Below are positions 32,980 to 42,153 of a DNA stretch of 64,000 bases, piece after piece. The position numbers were made by a program, and so were the translations under genes. Below the pieces are notes generated by a model that was not told where the DNA came from, made no database searches, and saw only the letters and a list, made by a program, of their open reading frames with translations. Source of the DNA: Candidatus Uhrbacteria bacterium GW2011_GWC2_41_11 (GTDB lineage Bacteria; Patescibacteriota; Patescibacteriia; UBA9934; GWF2-40-263); contig LCAH01000004.1 of NCBI GenBank assembly GCA_000996355.1, forward strand, positions 14,501 through 78,500. The letters are read 5' to 3'. The first letter of the stretch is position 1. Each line of letters starts with the position of its first letter.

Positions 32980-35073
32980 ATGCCAATTGAGATTGGACAA
33001 TTAGGAAAAACAACTCCTGCGGCGCCATTGGAACCGCCAAAGGCTCCAAAACCGGCGCAGGAGAAATTAGCCGTTGAACGTATTGCGTTGGAAGAAGAAC
33101 GTATTTATCGTCGTGGAGTTGTGACGGTTCGGGATATTATTTCTCCGGCCTCTTTTGACGTTTCTCCAAATCATCTGATTCTTTCCGGTATATACGTACG
33201 GACATTATTTGTTATTACGTATCCTCGTTACATTGGTCTTGGATGGTCTGCTCCTCTTATCAATTTAAATAAAACATTCGATGTTGCCATGTATTTTTAT
33301 CCGGTGAAGTCGAATGTTATTTTAAAACAGCTTCAAAAACGCGTGGGATATCTTGAGGCTGGAATTATGACCGATGCGGAAAAAGGGAAACCGCGCGATC
33401 CGCTTCGAGAGACAGCGCTTCGTGACATTGAAGAATTGCGCGATGCATTGACCCAAGGCATTGAACATTTTTTTCAATTTGCTTTTTACATCACGATCTA
33501 CGCAAAAAATCAGGAAGAGTTGGAACGATTGACAGGCGATCTCGAAAGCATGTTTGGCAGCAAATTGATTTATACAAAAAAAGGATATTATCAAGCTGAA
33601 CAAGGGTTCAATTCCACCATGCCACTCTGCAATGACGAACTCATGATTACCTACAACATGAACACGTCGCCCATTGCCGCTTCATTCCCTTTTATTTCTT
33701 CGGATCTTACCTCTGATCACGGTATTCTGTATGGAATCAACCGTCATAATAATTCCCTGATTCTTTTTGATCGTTTTAGTTTGCAAAATGCGAATTCCGT
33801 TGTATTTGCCACTTCTGGTGCAGGAAAATCGTATGCCGTGAAACTCGAAATTTTACGAAGTCTCATGATGGGAATTGACGTGATTGTGATTGATCCGGAG
33901 ATGGAATATAAACATCTTTCTGAAGCAGTCGGAGGGACCTATATCAATGTTTCTCTTGCCAGTCAGTCAAAAATCAATCCATTTGATTTGCCGCGTCCAA
34001 AAGGAGAAGAGGTGCGTGTGGAAGATGTCATCCGCAGTGCTATTATTACTCTAAAAGGTCTTCTGCGTATCATGATTGGAAAGCCGCTTGGGGAGGCAGG
34101 AGTAGTTGGATTTACACCAGAAGAAGATTCCATTTTAGATCGAGCGCTTATCGAAGCGTATGCGAAAAAAGATATTACCGCAGATATTGCAACCCTTGTT
34201 GATGTCGAACCTCCAATTCTCAGTGATTTTCAAGATGTTTTGGAAGGAATGGAAGGCGCGGAAGATTTGGTTGCACGTCTTCATAAATATACAGATGGAA
34301 CATTTGCTGGTCTTTTGAATTCTCCCACAACCGTTGAAATGCATAATCAACTTGTGATTTTTTCCGTTCGCGATCTTGAAGATGAATTGCGTCCAATGGC
34401 TATTTATACGATCGTGAACTATATCTGGAATGTGGTGCGCTCTGAACGCAAGAAACGTATTTTGGTGATTGATGAAGCGTGGTGGCTCATGCAGCACGAG
34501 GATTCGGCTAAATTCATTTTTGCGCTTGTGAAACGCTGCCGTAAATATTTTCTTGGGGTCACAACAATCACACAGGATGTGAATGATTTTCTTCGCTCTC
34601 CATACGGTCAGGCTATTGTGACCAACTCATCGATTCAATTATTGTTTAAACAGTCTCCGGCAGGTGTAGATCTTGTTCAAAAAACGTTTAACCTAACAGA
34701 CGGAGAAAAATATTTATTGCTTGAATCTGGGATAGGGGAAGGATTGTTTTTTGCCGGACAGAAGCATGTAGCCATTAAAGTGGTTGCGTCCTATGCAGAA
34801 GATCAAATTGTTACTACGAATCCACAGCAATTATTGGACATTGAAAAAGCACGTAAAGATTTTGAAAAACAGCTTGCCAATCGAGAGGAGCAAGAAGCCC
34901 TTGTCGAGGTTCCGGAGATAGATTTAGAAACACCTTCTGACACAGAACAAGGAGAACAAGAAGCTCTTGCAGTTCAAACGGCAGCAGCGGCAAGTGCGGC
35001 AGCGGAGTTTTTAACAAAAGAGGAACAAGGTCAAGAAGAAGCGGATCGTATTCGTCGAGAGCTGGCTGGATAA
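32980..35073 (+). CDS. VirB4-like type IV secretion ATPase (C-terminal ATPase part)
   Basis: Walker A TSGAGKSY and the VirB4-diagnostic Walker B ILVIDEAWWLM. Acidic C-terminal tail. Confidence 0.8.
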   Translation: MPIEIGQLGKTTPAAPLEPPKAPKPAQEKLAVERIALEEERIYRRGVVTVRDIISPASFDVSPNHLILSGIYVRTLFVITYPRYIGLGWSAPLINLNKTFDVAMYFYPVKSNVILKQLQKRVGYLEAGIMTDAEKGKPRDPLRETALRDIEELRDALTQGIEHFFQFAFYITIYAKNQEELERLTGDLESMFGSKLIYTKKGYYQAEQGFNSTMPLCNDELMITYNMNTSPIAASFPFISSDLTSDHGILYGINRHNNSLILFDRFSLQNANSVVFATSGAGKSYAVKLEILRSLMMGIDVIVIDPEMEYKHLSEAVGGTYINVSLASQSKINPFDLPRPKGEEVRVEDVIRSAIITLKGLLRIMIGKPLGEAGVVGFTPEEDSILDRALIEAYAKKDITADIATLVDVEPPILSDFQDVLEGMEGAEDLVARLHKYTDGTFAGLLNSPTTVEMHNQLVIFSVRDLEDELRPMAIYTIVNYIWNVVRSERKKRILVIDEAWWLMQHEDSAKFIFALVKRCRKYFLGVTTITQDVNDFLRSPYGQAIVTNSSIQLLFKQSPAGVDLVQKTFNLTDGEKYLLLESGIGEGLFFAGQKHVAIKVVASYAEDQIVTTNPQQLLDIEKARKDFEKQLANREEQEALVEVPEIDLETPSDTEQGEQEALAVQTAAAASAAAEFLTKEEQGQEEADRIRRELAG

Positions 35074-35100
35074 CAAGAGAAGTTTTAAACAGATATTTTT

Positions 35101-35679
35101 ATGACACGAAAGAAAAAAATTGTGATTGCACTGGGAGTCATTTTTCTTTTATTACTTCTTTTTTTTCTTTTTTGGTTTTTGTCTAGACAAAAAAAATCCG
35201 CAGCTTCTGTCGTGACTCCTCCTGTTGTTCAAGAACAGATTCCGGTAGCTAAACCTCGAAATACGGAAGAAAAAGCTCTGCCACTTTATCTCAATACAGA
35301 ACAGACTTCTTCAGAAATTTCTTTGCAAAATCTCGCACAGACATTTACGGAACGGTATGGAAGCTATTCCAATGAAAGTGATTTTGCTAACTTATATGAT
35401 GTTCTTGATTTAATGAGTGCAACATTCCGTGCGGAAACGGAACAAACGATTGCAACCGCTCAAGTTCCTGATCATTATTATGGAATTACCACTCATGTTC
35501 TTTCTGTAAAAATGGATTTGATGGATGAAACAGGAGGAACAGCAAAAGCAACTGTGAATACTCAGCGAGAAGAGGCAACGAAAAGTATCCAAAATGTTCA
35601 AGTGCGTTATCAATATCTTTCACTTTTGTTTGTGAAAGAACAGGGTATATGGAAGGTCGACGGAGCTGCTTGGGAATAG
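35101..35679 (+). CDS. bitopic membrane protein (possible VirB8-like component)
   Basis: N-terminal TM anchor KKKIVIALGVIFLLLLLFFLFWFL with a C-terminal globular domain of about 150 aa. The assignment rests on position and size only. Confidence 0.4.
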   Translation: MTRKKKIVIALGVIFLLLLLFFLFWFLSRQKKSAASVVTPPVVQEQIPVAKPRNTEEKALPLYLNTEQTSSEISLQNLAQTFTERYGSYSNESDFANLYDVLDLMSATFRAETEQTIATAQVPDHYYGITTHVLSVKMDLMDETGGTAKATVNTQREEATKSIQNVQVRYQYLSLLFVKEQGIWKVDGAAWE

Positions 35680-36368
35680 TGTGTGACACGATTGCAGATT
35701 GGTTGTTTCCTTGTTTTTGTCTTCAATGCAAGCAAGAAGGAAATACCATGTGTGAGATATGCAAAGAATCGTATACACCAAAACGGACAGGAGATACTTG
35801 TCCGTTTTGTCGTAAAAAATCTTTGGGTTCATTAACATGTGAATCTTGTCGTACTTTGGTTGCTTTGGATAGATGTTTGTCTCTTGGATGGTACCACGAT
35901 TCAGTTCTTCGAGAAGCGATTCGAGCCGCAAAATATACAGATGATCCAGCTCCATGGAAGCTGTTTCCGGAATGGATGCGAAAAATGTCTATAGAAAATA
36001 TTTTTTTCGGAGATACATGGGTTGTTTCTTTTGTTCCGCTTCATGTATCACGTCGGCGAGAGCGAGGCTTTGATCAAGCGGAACGAATTGCTCATTTGGT
36101 TGGAGAGGCAACGAAATTTCCTGTTGTCGATTTATTGGAACGTGCGGAATGGACAGACCCACAAGCACAGCGAGATGCAAGAGAACGTCAAGTTGGAGAT
36201 ATGGATGGTATCTTTCAGGTCATAAAACATCCAATTCCATCTCGGGTTATTTTATGCGACGATGTTTTGACAAGCGGGGCAACCATGGATGCAGCCGCTC
36301 AGATTCTGAAACAAGCCGGGGCAGAACAAGTTTGTGGGTTTGTTCTTGCCCGTCGCGGAGGGGAATAA
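35649..36368 (+). CDS. comFC: competence protein ComFC (phosphoribosyltransferase family)
   Basis: N-terminal 4-Cys zinc finger (CxxC...CxxC) and the PRTase motif VILCDDVLTSGATM. The exact start is uncertain because the ORF overlaps the upstream gene. Confidence 0.75.
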   Translation: MEGRRSCLGIVCDTIADWLFPCFCLQCKQEGNTMCEICKESYTPKRTGDTCPFCRKKSLGSLTCESCRTLVALDRCLSLGWYHDSVLREAIRAAKYTDDPAPWKLFPEWMRKMSIENIFFGDTWVVSFVPLHVSRRRERGFDQAERIAHLVGEATKFPVVDLLERAEWTDPQAQRDARERQVGDMDGIFQVIKHPIPSRVILCDDVLTSGATMDAAAQILKQAGAEQVCGFVLARRGGE

Positions 36369-36417
36369 CCTTTGAGGCTTGCTTCCTTTGCTTGTTTCCG
36401 ATATGCTTTTTGCGCGC

Positions 36418-36438
36418 GGAGAGGTACCCAAGAGGCTG
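36418..36438 (+). repeat. 21-nt direct repeat copy 1 (GGAGAGGTACCCAAGAGGCTG), identical to the 5' end of tRNA-Ser at 36764-36784
   Basis: Exact 21/21 match to tRNA positions 1-21. Downstream sequence lacks anticodon and T arms, so this is not a tRNA. The two copies bracket the GIY-YIG gene. Confidence 0.7.
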
Positions 36439-36498
36439 CGGGTCCGCCGGAGAGAAACGGAGGCGGAAAGGGGCGAGTTTACTTACAGAAAGAATCGT

Positions 36499-36810
36499 AT
36501 GTCTTTGATATATCTTCTGTTTAGTCCAAAAATAAATCGATTTTATATTGGTTCTTCTAGAGAAAATACTGTTGAATCCCGTTTGAAACGTCATAATGAA
36601 GGAAGAGTAAAATCGACAAAGTTTGGAAGTCCTTGGAAAGTTGTCTGCGTTGAACATTTTGAAACGTATACTCAAGCTCGAAAAAGAGAATTGTATTTGA
36701 AAAGTGGTGTTGGAAGAGGAAAAATAGCAAAAGTATTCGGTTATTTGAAAGGTGAAAATATATGGAGAGGTACCCAAGAGGCTGAAGGGGCGGGTTTGCT
36801 AAACCTGTAG
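36499..36810 (+). CDS. GIY-YIG nuclease superfamily protein (YhbQ/YazA-like)
   Basis: The motif IYLLFSPKINRFYIGSSRENTVESRLKRHNEG is a GIY-YIG core. The ORF has no stop before running 47 nt into the tRNA-Ser gene, so its true end is uncertain. Confidence 0.6.
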   Translation: MSLIYLLFSPKINRFYIGSSRENTVESRLKRHNEGRVKSTKFGSPWKVVCVEHFETYTQARKRELYLKSGVGRGKIAKVFGYLKGENIWRGTQEAEGAGLLNL

Positions 36811-36857
36811 GTCGGGGTTTTCCCGGCGCGAGGGTTCGAATCCCTCTCTCTCCGCCA
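36764..36857 (+). tRNA. tRNA-Ser (anticodon GCU)
   Basis: Acceptor stem GGAGAGG/TCTCTCC, 3-bp D stem, anticodon loop TTGCTAA, long variable arm, T loop GGGTTCGAATCCC, encoded CCA. Confidence 0.85.
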
Positions 36858-36868
36858 GGACAATTTTT

Positions 36869-37339
36869 ATGCCTTCAATTGAAACTGGAAAATTAATTTC
36901 GAGCGCCATTATTATTCGTGATGATCGTGCCCTTGTATTTGAAGAAAAAAACGATGTTGGAGAATTAAAATATAATTTGCCGGGTGGTCACATTGAACCG
37001 GGTGAGACTCCTATTGATGCACTGCTTCGCGAAGTACTGGAAGAAACTGGAATGGTATGCGAACCGATGTCATTTTTGCAACTAGTTGTAAACACCTGGG
37101 ATCGAAATCATTCGGTGCTTATGTATTTTTCTGTTCGTGTGGCAGCTGATGCTGTCGTGGTGCTAGAGGAGGGAATAACTGCACAATGGATGACTAATGA
37201 AGACATTGCTGAGCTTCCGGATGATCGGTGTGTGTTTGGTATTAAATCCGCTTTGGCTATGGTTTTAAGAAATGAGGTGCTGCCCTCAACAGCACTTTTG
37301 TTACGCAAGGGTGGTAAACAATTTGAGTGGCAGAAATAA
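36869..37339 (+). CDS. NUDIX hydrolase
   Basis: Nudix box GGHIEPGETPIDALLREVLEETG. Confidence 0.8.
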   Translation: MPSIETGKLISSAIIIRDDRALVFEEKNDVGELKYNLPGGHIEPGETPIDALLREVLEETGMVCEPMSFLQLVVNTWDRNHSVLMYFSVRVAADAVVVLEEGITAQWMTNEDIAELPDDRCVFGIKSALAMVLRNEVLPSTALLLRKGGKQFEWQK

Positions 37340-37596
37340 TTATTCTTGGTGGCGCGTGCTGACCATTTTTTACTGAAACTTCGCGACCCACATGCCTCAA
37401 AAATGCCCAAACCAATATCGTTGAAAACCTCTTGAAAGAGCCCTATAATCTTGGTACTTAACCCGCGTACACCGCCAGGATTACGTCGTATCGGAAGACC
37501 CAAGTGCCTCAGGGCGAGCGGGGCGACCGATGTGGCTTGATCCAAGACAAAACAACCCTTCGCTGGGTTGTTTTGTTATGCTAAAGTTATGAACGT

Positions 37597-38112
37597 ATGA
37601 AAGTCATTCTCTACATTGCCATCACTGCGAACGGAATGATTGCCGGAACGGACGACGAGACAAGCTGGCTCACCAAAGAAGAGGCGGATAGCTACTGCAC
37701 AATTGTGCGTGAGGCCGGGTGTCTCATTGTAGGCAGAAGAACATATTACATCCTTACCAAACAGCCGGAGTTTCAAGAATTCAAAAATGCCAAGTTGGTT
37801 GTCGTGTCACATAATGACGTTGAACTGATCGACTCACGACATATCGTTGCTCGCACGCCGCAAGAAGCCATTGAAGTTTTGTCCGACTTTCCGGAAGTGA
37901 TTGTTGCGGGTGGTGGAATTCTTAATGCGTCATTTCTCGCCGACAATCTTATAGATGAAATGTATATCGACATTGAACCAGTGGTCATCGGCAAGGGCAT
38001 TCCTCTTTTTAAAGGTCAAGATTTTGAACGCAATCTGAAGCTACTTGGACAGAGGACGTTGTCTGAAAATGAAATTCAACTTCACTATAAAGTTGTGAAA
38101 GAAGGTAAGTAA
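37597..38112 (+). CDS. dihydrofolate reductase-like (RibD C-terminal domain) protein
   Basis: MKVILYIAITANGMIAG... with GRRTY and a C-terminal GG motif, matching the RibD_C/DHFR-like family. Confidence 0.7.
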   Translation: MKVILYIAITANGMIAGTDDETSWLTKEEADSYCTIVREAGCLIVGRRTYYILTKQPEFQEFKNAKLVVVSHNDVELIDSRHIVARTPQEAIEVLSDFPEVIVAGGGILNASFLADNLIDEMYIDIEPVVIGKGIPLFKGQDFERNLKLLGQRTLSENEIQLHYKVVKEGK

Positions 38113-38350
38113 GTAGCCCGCCCGACTTACTTGCCTCAAATTCGCTAATGGACAAACCTTTCAAAACCCCTTCAAAACTTCGCCTAAATTTGGTACTGAA
38201 CTCGAGTGGCCCGCCATATTACCAACTTTGAACCGAAGCAAAATAAGGGTTTTTGGACAATAAAAAGCCGATTTCTTAGAGAAGTCGGTTTTTTGTATTT
38301 TTTTGAATAAGGTACATAATATAATCAATCTATTTTAGTAAAGATAAATT

Positions 38351-38548
38351 ATGTCTACCATCAGTAAAAACATTCGCAAATTAAGAGAACAAAGAGGCAT
38401 CTCGCAAGATAGACTTTCTAAATTGGCAGATATTTCTTTGAATACTATTGCCAAGTTAGAACTCAACGAAAATCAAAATCCCACCATTGAAACTTTGCAA
38501 AAAATCGCAAAGGCTTTAGATGTTAAAGTTGAGGATTTAATAAAATAA
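38351..38548 (+). CDS. XRE-family HTH transcriptional regulator (RM controller-like)
   Basis: 65 aa with a helix-turn-helix (ISQDRLSKLADISLNTIAKLE). It lies 4 nt upstream of hsdM. Confidence 0.8.
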   Translation: MSTISKNIRKLREQRGISQDRLSKLADISLNTIAKLELNENQNPTIETLQKIAKALDVKVEDLIK

Positions 38549-38552
38549 AAAT

Positions 38553-39937
38553 ATGTTTGAACAAGCATTAAAAAATATTGATGATATCTTGCGGGCGGAT
38601 AATGCTGGGAGTGCCCTTGATTATATTGAGCAGACTTCGTGGATTTTGTTTTTGAAATATCTGGATGATTTGGAAAAAGACAAAGAAAAAAGCGCGCGCT
38701 TGGCTGGGAAAAAATACAAATATATTCTATCGCCTGAATTCCGCTGGCAAGTATGGGCATGTCCCAAGACTGCTGACGGAAAAATTGATCATCATAAAGC
38801 GATGGATGGTGACGATTTGAAAGATTTTGTTAATAACAAGCTTTTTCCGTATTTGAAAAAATTTAGAGTTGAAGATTCCAACACTATTGAAAATAAAATT
38901 GGAGAAATTTTTCATGAGCTCAAAAATAAGATTCAGAGTGGGTATTCCTTGCGAAATATTTTGGACATCGTGGATAAACTTCATTTTCAAACTAACGAAG
39001 AAAAACACGAGCTTTCCCATCTCTATGAAAGCAAAATACAAAACATGGGCAATGCTGGTCGTGATGGTGGGCAATATTATACCCCTCGTCCGCTGATTAA
39101 AACGATTGTCAAAGTTGTTGATCCAAATCTTGGCGAAACTATTTATGACGGAGCTTGTGGAAGTGCTGGATTTTTGGTGGAGGCCTTTAATTATTTGACA
39201 GAGCAGCGCGAAAAATTAAGTTCCAAAGAATGGGATGTTTTGCAAACAAAAACTTTCTTTGGCAAAGAAAAAATCACTTTGCCATATATTATCGGTGTGA
39301 TGAATATGATTTTGCATGGCATAGAAACGCCGAATATAAAACATAAAAATACTTTGTCGGAAAACTTGGCGGATATTCAAGAAAAAGACCGTTATGATCT
39401 CGTCATCGCCAATCCGCCTTTCTGTTTTTGCAACATTTCATCAAAATTCTCAAAGCTGGTGGGCGAGCGGGTATTGTTATTAAAAATACTTTTCTTTCCA
39501 ACACCGACAACGCTTCAGTCAGTTTGCGAAAATTGCTTTTGGAAAATTGCAATCTGCACACGGTTTTGGATTTGCCCGGAGGCGCCTTTCAAGGCGCGGG
39601 AGTAAAAACTGTTGTTTTATTTTTTGAAAAAGGCGCGCCAACGAAAAAGGTTTGGTTTTATCAACTTAATCTCACGCGTAATCTCGGCAAGGGTAATCCT
39701 TTAAACGAAAACGATTTGGTGGAATTTGTGGAGTTACAAAAAACTAAGGCGGACAGCACAAATTCATGGTCAATAGATGTGAAAAATGTTGATCAAAATA
39801 CTTTTGATTTATCGGTAAAAAATCCGAATAAAAATGACGAGGTGGTTTTAAGAGAGTCAAAAGAGATTTTGGAGGAGATGAGGAAGTTGGATGGGGAGAA
39901 CGGGGAGATTTTGGATAACATTAAAAAATTATTATGA
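38553..39937 (+). pseudogene. hsdM: Type I RM methyltransferase HsdM, disrupted after motif IV (NPPF) by a frameshift/short deletion
   Basis: The N-terminal HsdM domain and motif I (DGACGSAGFL) read in frame A up to NPPF at 39411-39422. The continuation FLQHFIKILKAGGRAGIVI is in another frame, beginning with TTG at 39428. Only about 3 residues separate NPPF from FLQH, where about 25 are expected. Inserting one T in the T5 tract 39425-39429 restores a single ORF. Confidence 0.7.
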
Positions 39938-40968
39938 AAGCAACACTAAAGCATTCAAAGAATGATATAGATAAAGCTGGAAATGTTCTGGCTGGAATAC
40001 CAGATTTAAAAATCAATCAAGATCAGGCAATTGAAATACTTGAAAACTTTAGATCAGTACACAACCATCCACTTATTGTTTTCAGGATGTCATTAAATAG
40101 GAAGGCAAAAAACATTTCAGGAGATCTTCTAATATCACAAAGATTAAAAAGAGCCCCTTCTATTGTGAATAAATTGAAAATTCAAAAGAACATGTCTTTG
40201 TCTCAGATGCAAGATGTGGGTGGTCTCAGAGCCGTTGTCTCGGACTTACAACAACTATATAAATTACGAGACTCTATAAGAAAGGGAGAAAATCAAATAG
40301 CTTTTAAATCCACCTTTTTGAAAGAAACAGACTATGTAAAGTTTCCAAAAGAAAGTGGCTATCGGAGTATACATTTGATATACAAGTATGATAAAAAAGT
40401 TCCTCTAAATGCACAGTGTCGCATTGAAGTTCAATTAAGAACAAAAATTCACCATGCGTGGGCTACTGCCGTTGAAGTAATCGGCACTTACCTTAGACAA
40501 CCACTTAAACAAAGTTTTGGTGACGCTGAATTACTTGAGTTATTTAAAGAGATTAGCAAAGTTTTTATTTTAATTGAGAATAATGAATTCAATGAAGATT
40601 TATTTAAAACAACTTCAGCGAGAATAAATGTATTAAAATTAAGAGACAAATTACGAGGTTTTTCTATTGTAACGCAAATCTCAGCACAAGAAAGTAAACA
40701 GGAGAAAGGTAAATATTATCTAATTTCCTTAAATTTTAAAGATAAAACCCTTAGTGTGCGAAGATATTCAGAGTCAAAGCTTGATCAAGCAAACAATGAA
40801 TATTCTGAATTAGAAAAGAAATATCTTAATAACAAAAATATAGAGATTGTGTTGGTTTCGGTTGATGACATGGATAATCTTAAAAAACTTTATCCTAACT
40901 ACTTTCTTGATACACAGGAATTTGTCAAGCTATTGGATATAATTGATAATAAAATAAATGAAAACTAA
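39934..40968 (+). CDS. RelA/SpoT-domain nucleotidyltransferase (toxSAS/CapRel-like) embedded in the RM operon
   Basis: Synthetase-domain motifs DVGGLRAVVSDLQQLY and GYRSIHLIY...RIEVQLRTKIHHAWATAVE. A Cys-free C-terminal extension of about 140 aa follows. Its start overlaps the hsdM stop (ATGA). Confidence 0.65.
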   Translation: MKATLKHSKNDIDKAGNVLAGIPDLKINQDQAIEILENFRSVHNHPLIVFRMSLNRKAKNISGDLLISQRLKRAPSIVNKLKIQKNMSLSQMQDVGGLRAVVSDLQQLYKLRDSIRKGENQIAFKSTFLKETDYVKFPKESGYRSIHLIYKYDKKVPLNAQCRIEVQLRTKIHHAWATAVEVIGTYLRQPLKQSFGDAELLELFKEISKVFILIENNEFNEDLFKTTSARINVLKLRDKLRGFSIVTQISAQESKQEKGKYYLISLNFKDKTLSVRRYSESKLDQANNEYSELEKKYLNNKNIEIVLVSVDDMDNLKKLYPNYFLDTQEFVKLLDIIDNKINEN

Positions 40969-42076
40969 CTGGCAAACAAAAAATTTTGAGGATTGTTTAG
41001 ATAAAGTTGTCTATACAAGCAAAATCCAAAGAAAAGATTTTTTGAAATCTGGACTTTTTCCTATTATTTCTCAAGAGTCAGAAGATATAAACGGATATTG
41101 GGATGACAAAAAAGATTTATTCAAATGCAAAAAGCCAGTTGTGATTTTTGGTGATCACACTCAAGTTTTAAAGTATGTGGACTTTGACTTTGTTTTAGGT
41201 GCTGATGGCGTAAAAATATTACAACCAAAAGAAATTTTAGATTCAAGGTTTTTTTACTTCTTTTTACAAAGTGTTGATTTAAAAAGTTTAGGATATGCCA
41301 GACACTATCGTTTATTAAAAGAAATAGATGTTTCGTTTCCGTCTCTCCCCGAACAACACCGCATTGTGAAGATTTTGGATGAGGTTTTTGAGGATACAGC
41401 GAAAGCGAAAGAAAATGCGGAAAAAAATCTCCAAAATGCCAAAGAACTTTTTGAATCATATTTGCAGAGTGTTTTTGCGAATCCGGGCAAGGATTGGGAG
41501 AAAAAAAGATTGGGCGATGTTTACGATGTCCGTGACGGAACGCATGATTCGCCTAAATATCAGAAAGTAGGATATGCTTTGATTACTTCAAAAAATCTCA
41601 AAAGAGATGAATTAGATTATCAAAAAATCAAGTACATCTCAGAAAAGGATTACGATAAAATTAATGAACGAAGCAAAGTGCACAAAGGAGACATCTTGTT
41701 TGCAATGATTGGAACAATCGGCAGTCCTGTTGTGATTAAGACAGAACCAGACTTTGCTATAAAAAATGTTGCTCTATTTAAAATACCAAAAGAACAAAAC
41801 AGCTATTTTCTTAAGTACTTTTTAGATTCAAAATTTGTTATTGATAAAATAATGAGTGAAGCCAAGGGAACAACTCAAAAATTTGTTGGTTTAGGATATT
41901 TAAGAGATTTTAAAATTCAATTACCAAAATTAGACGAACAAAAATCCATCGTCGCCAAACTTGATGCTCTTTCTGCCGAAACCAAAAAGCTAGAAGCGAT
42001 TTATAAGCAAAAGCTGGCGGATTTGGATGAACTGAAAAAATCAGTCTTGAAACGTGCCTTTAATGGGGAATTATAA
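40958..42076 (+). CDS. hsdS: Type I RM specificity subunit HsdS
   Basis: Two target-recognition domains separated by the conserved coiled-coil regions (LPEQHRIVKILDEVF; LDEQKSIVAKLDAL). Confidence 0.85.
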   Translation: MKTNWQTKNFEDCLDKVVYTSKIQRKDFLKSGLFPIISQESEDINGYWDDKKDLFKCKKPVVIFGDHTQVLKYVDFDFVLGADGVKILQPKEILDSRFFYFFLQSVDLKSLGYARHYRLLKEIDVSFPSLPEQHRIVKILDEVFEDTAKAKENAEKNLQNAKELFESYLQSVFANPGKDWEKKRLGDVYDVRDGTHDSPKYQKVGYALITSKNLKRDELDYQKIKYISEKDYDKINERSKVHKGDILFAMIGTIGSPVVIKTEPDFAIKNVALFKIPKEQNSYFLKYFLDSKFVIDKIMSEAKGTTQKFVGLGYLRDFKIQLPKLDEQKSIVAKLDALSAETKKLEAIYKQKLADLDELKKSVLKRAFNGEL

Positions 42077-42153
42077 GTTTGTATATATTGTTTGACTTAA
42101 AAGATACAAACTGGTATACTTTGTATACATTATAAATAAGATAGATACAAGTT

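Noticed and set aside
36418-36498. Copy 1 of the tRNA 5' segment considered as a second or intron-containing tRNA gene.
   Set aside because: Only the acceptor and D-arm 5' strands are present. There is no anticodon arm of normal geometry, no T arm (GTTCRANYC) and no 3' acceptor strand downstream.
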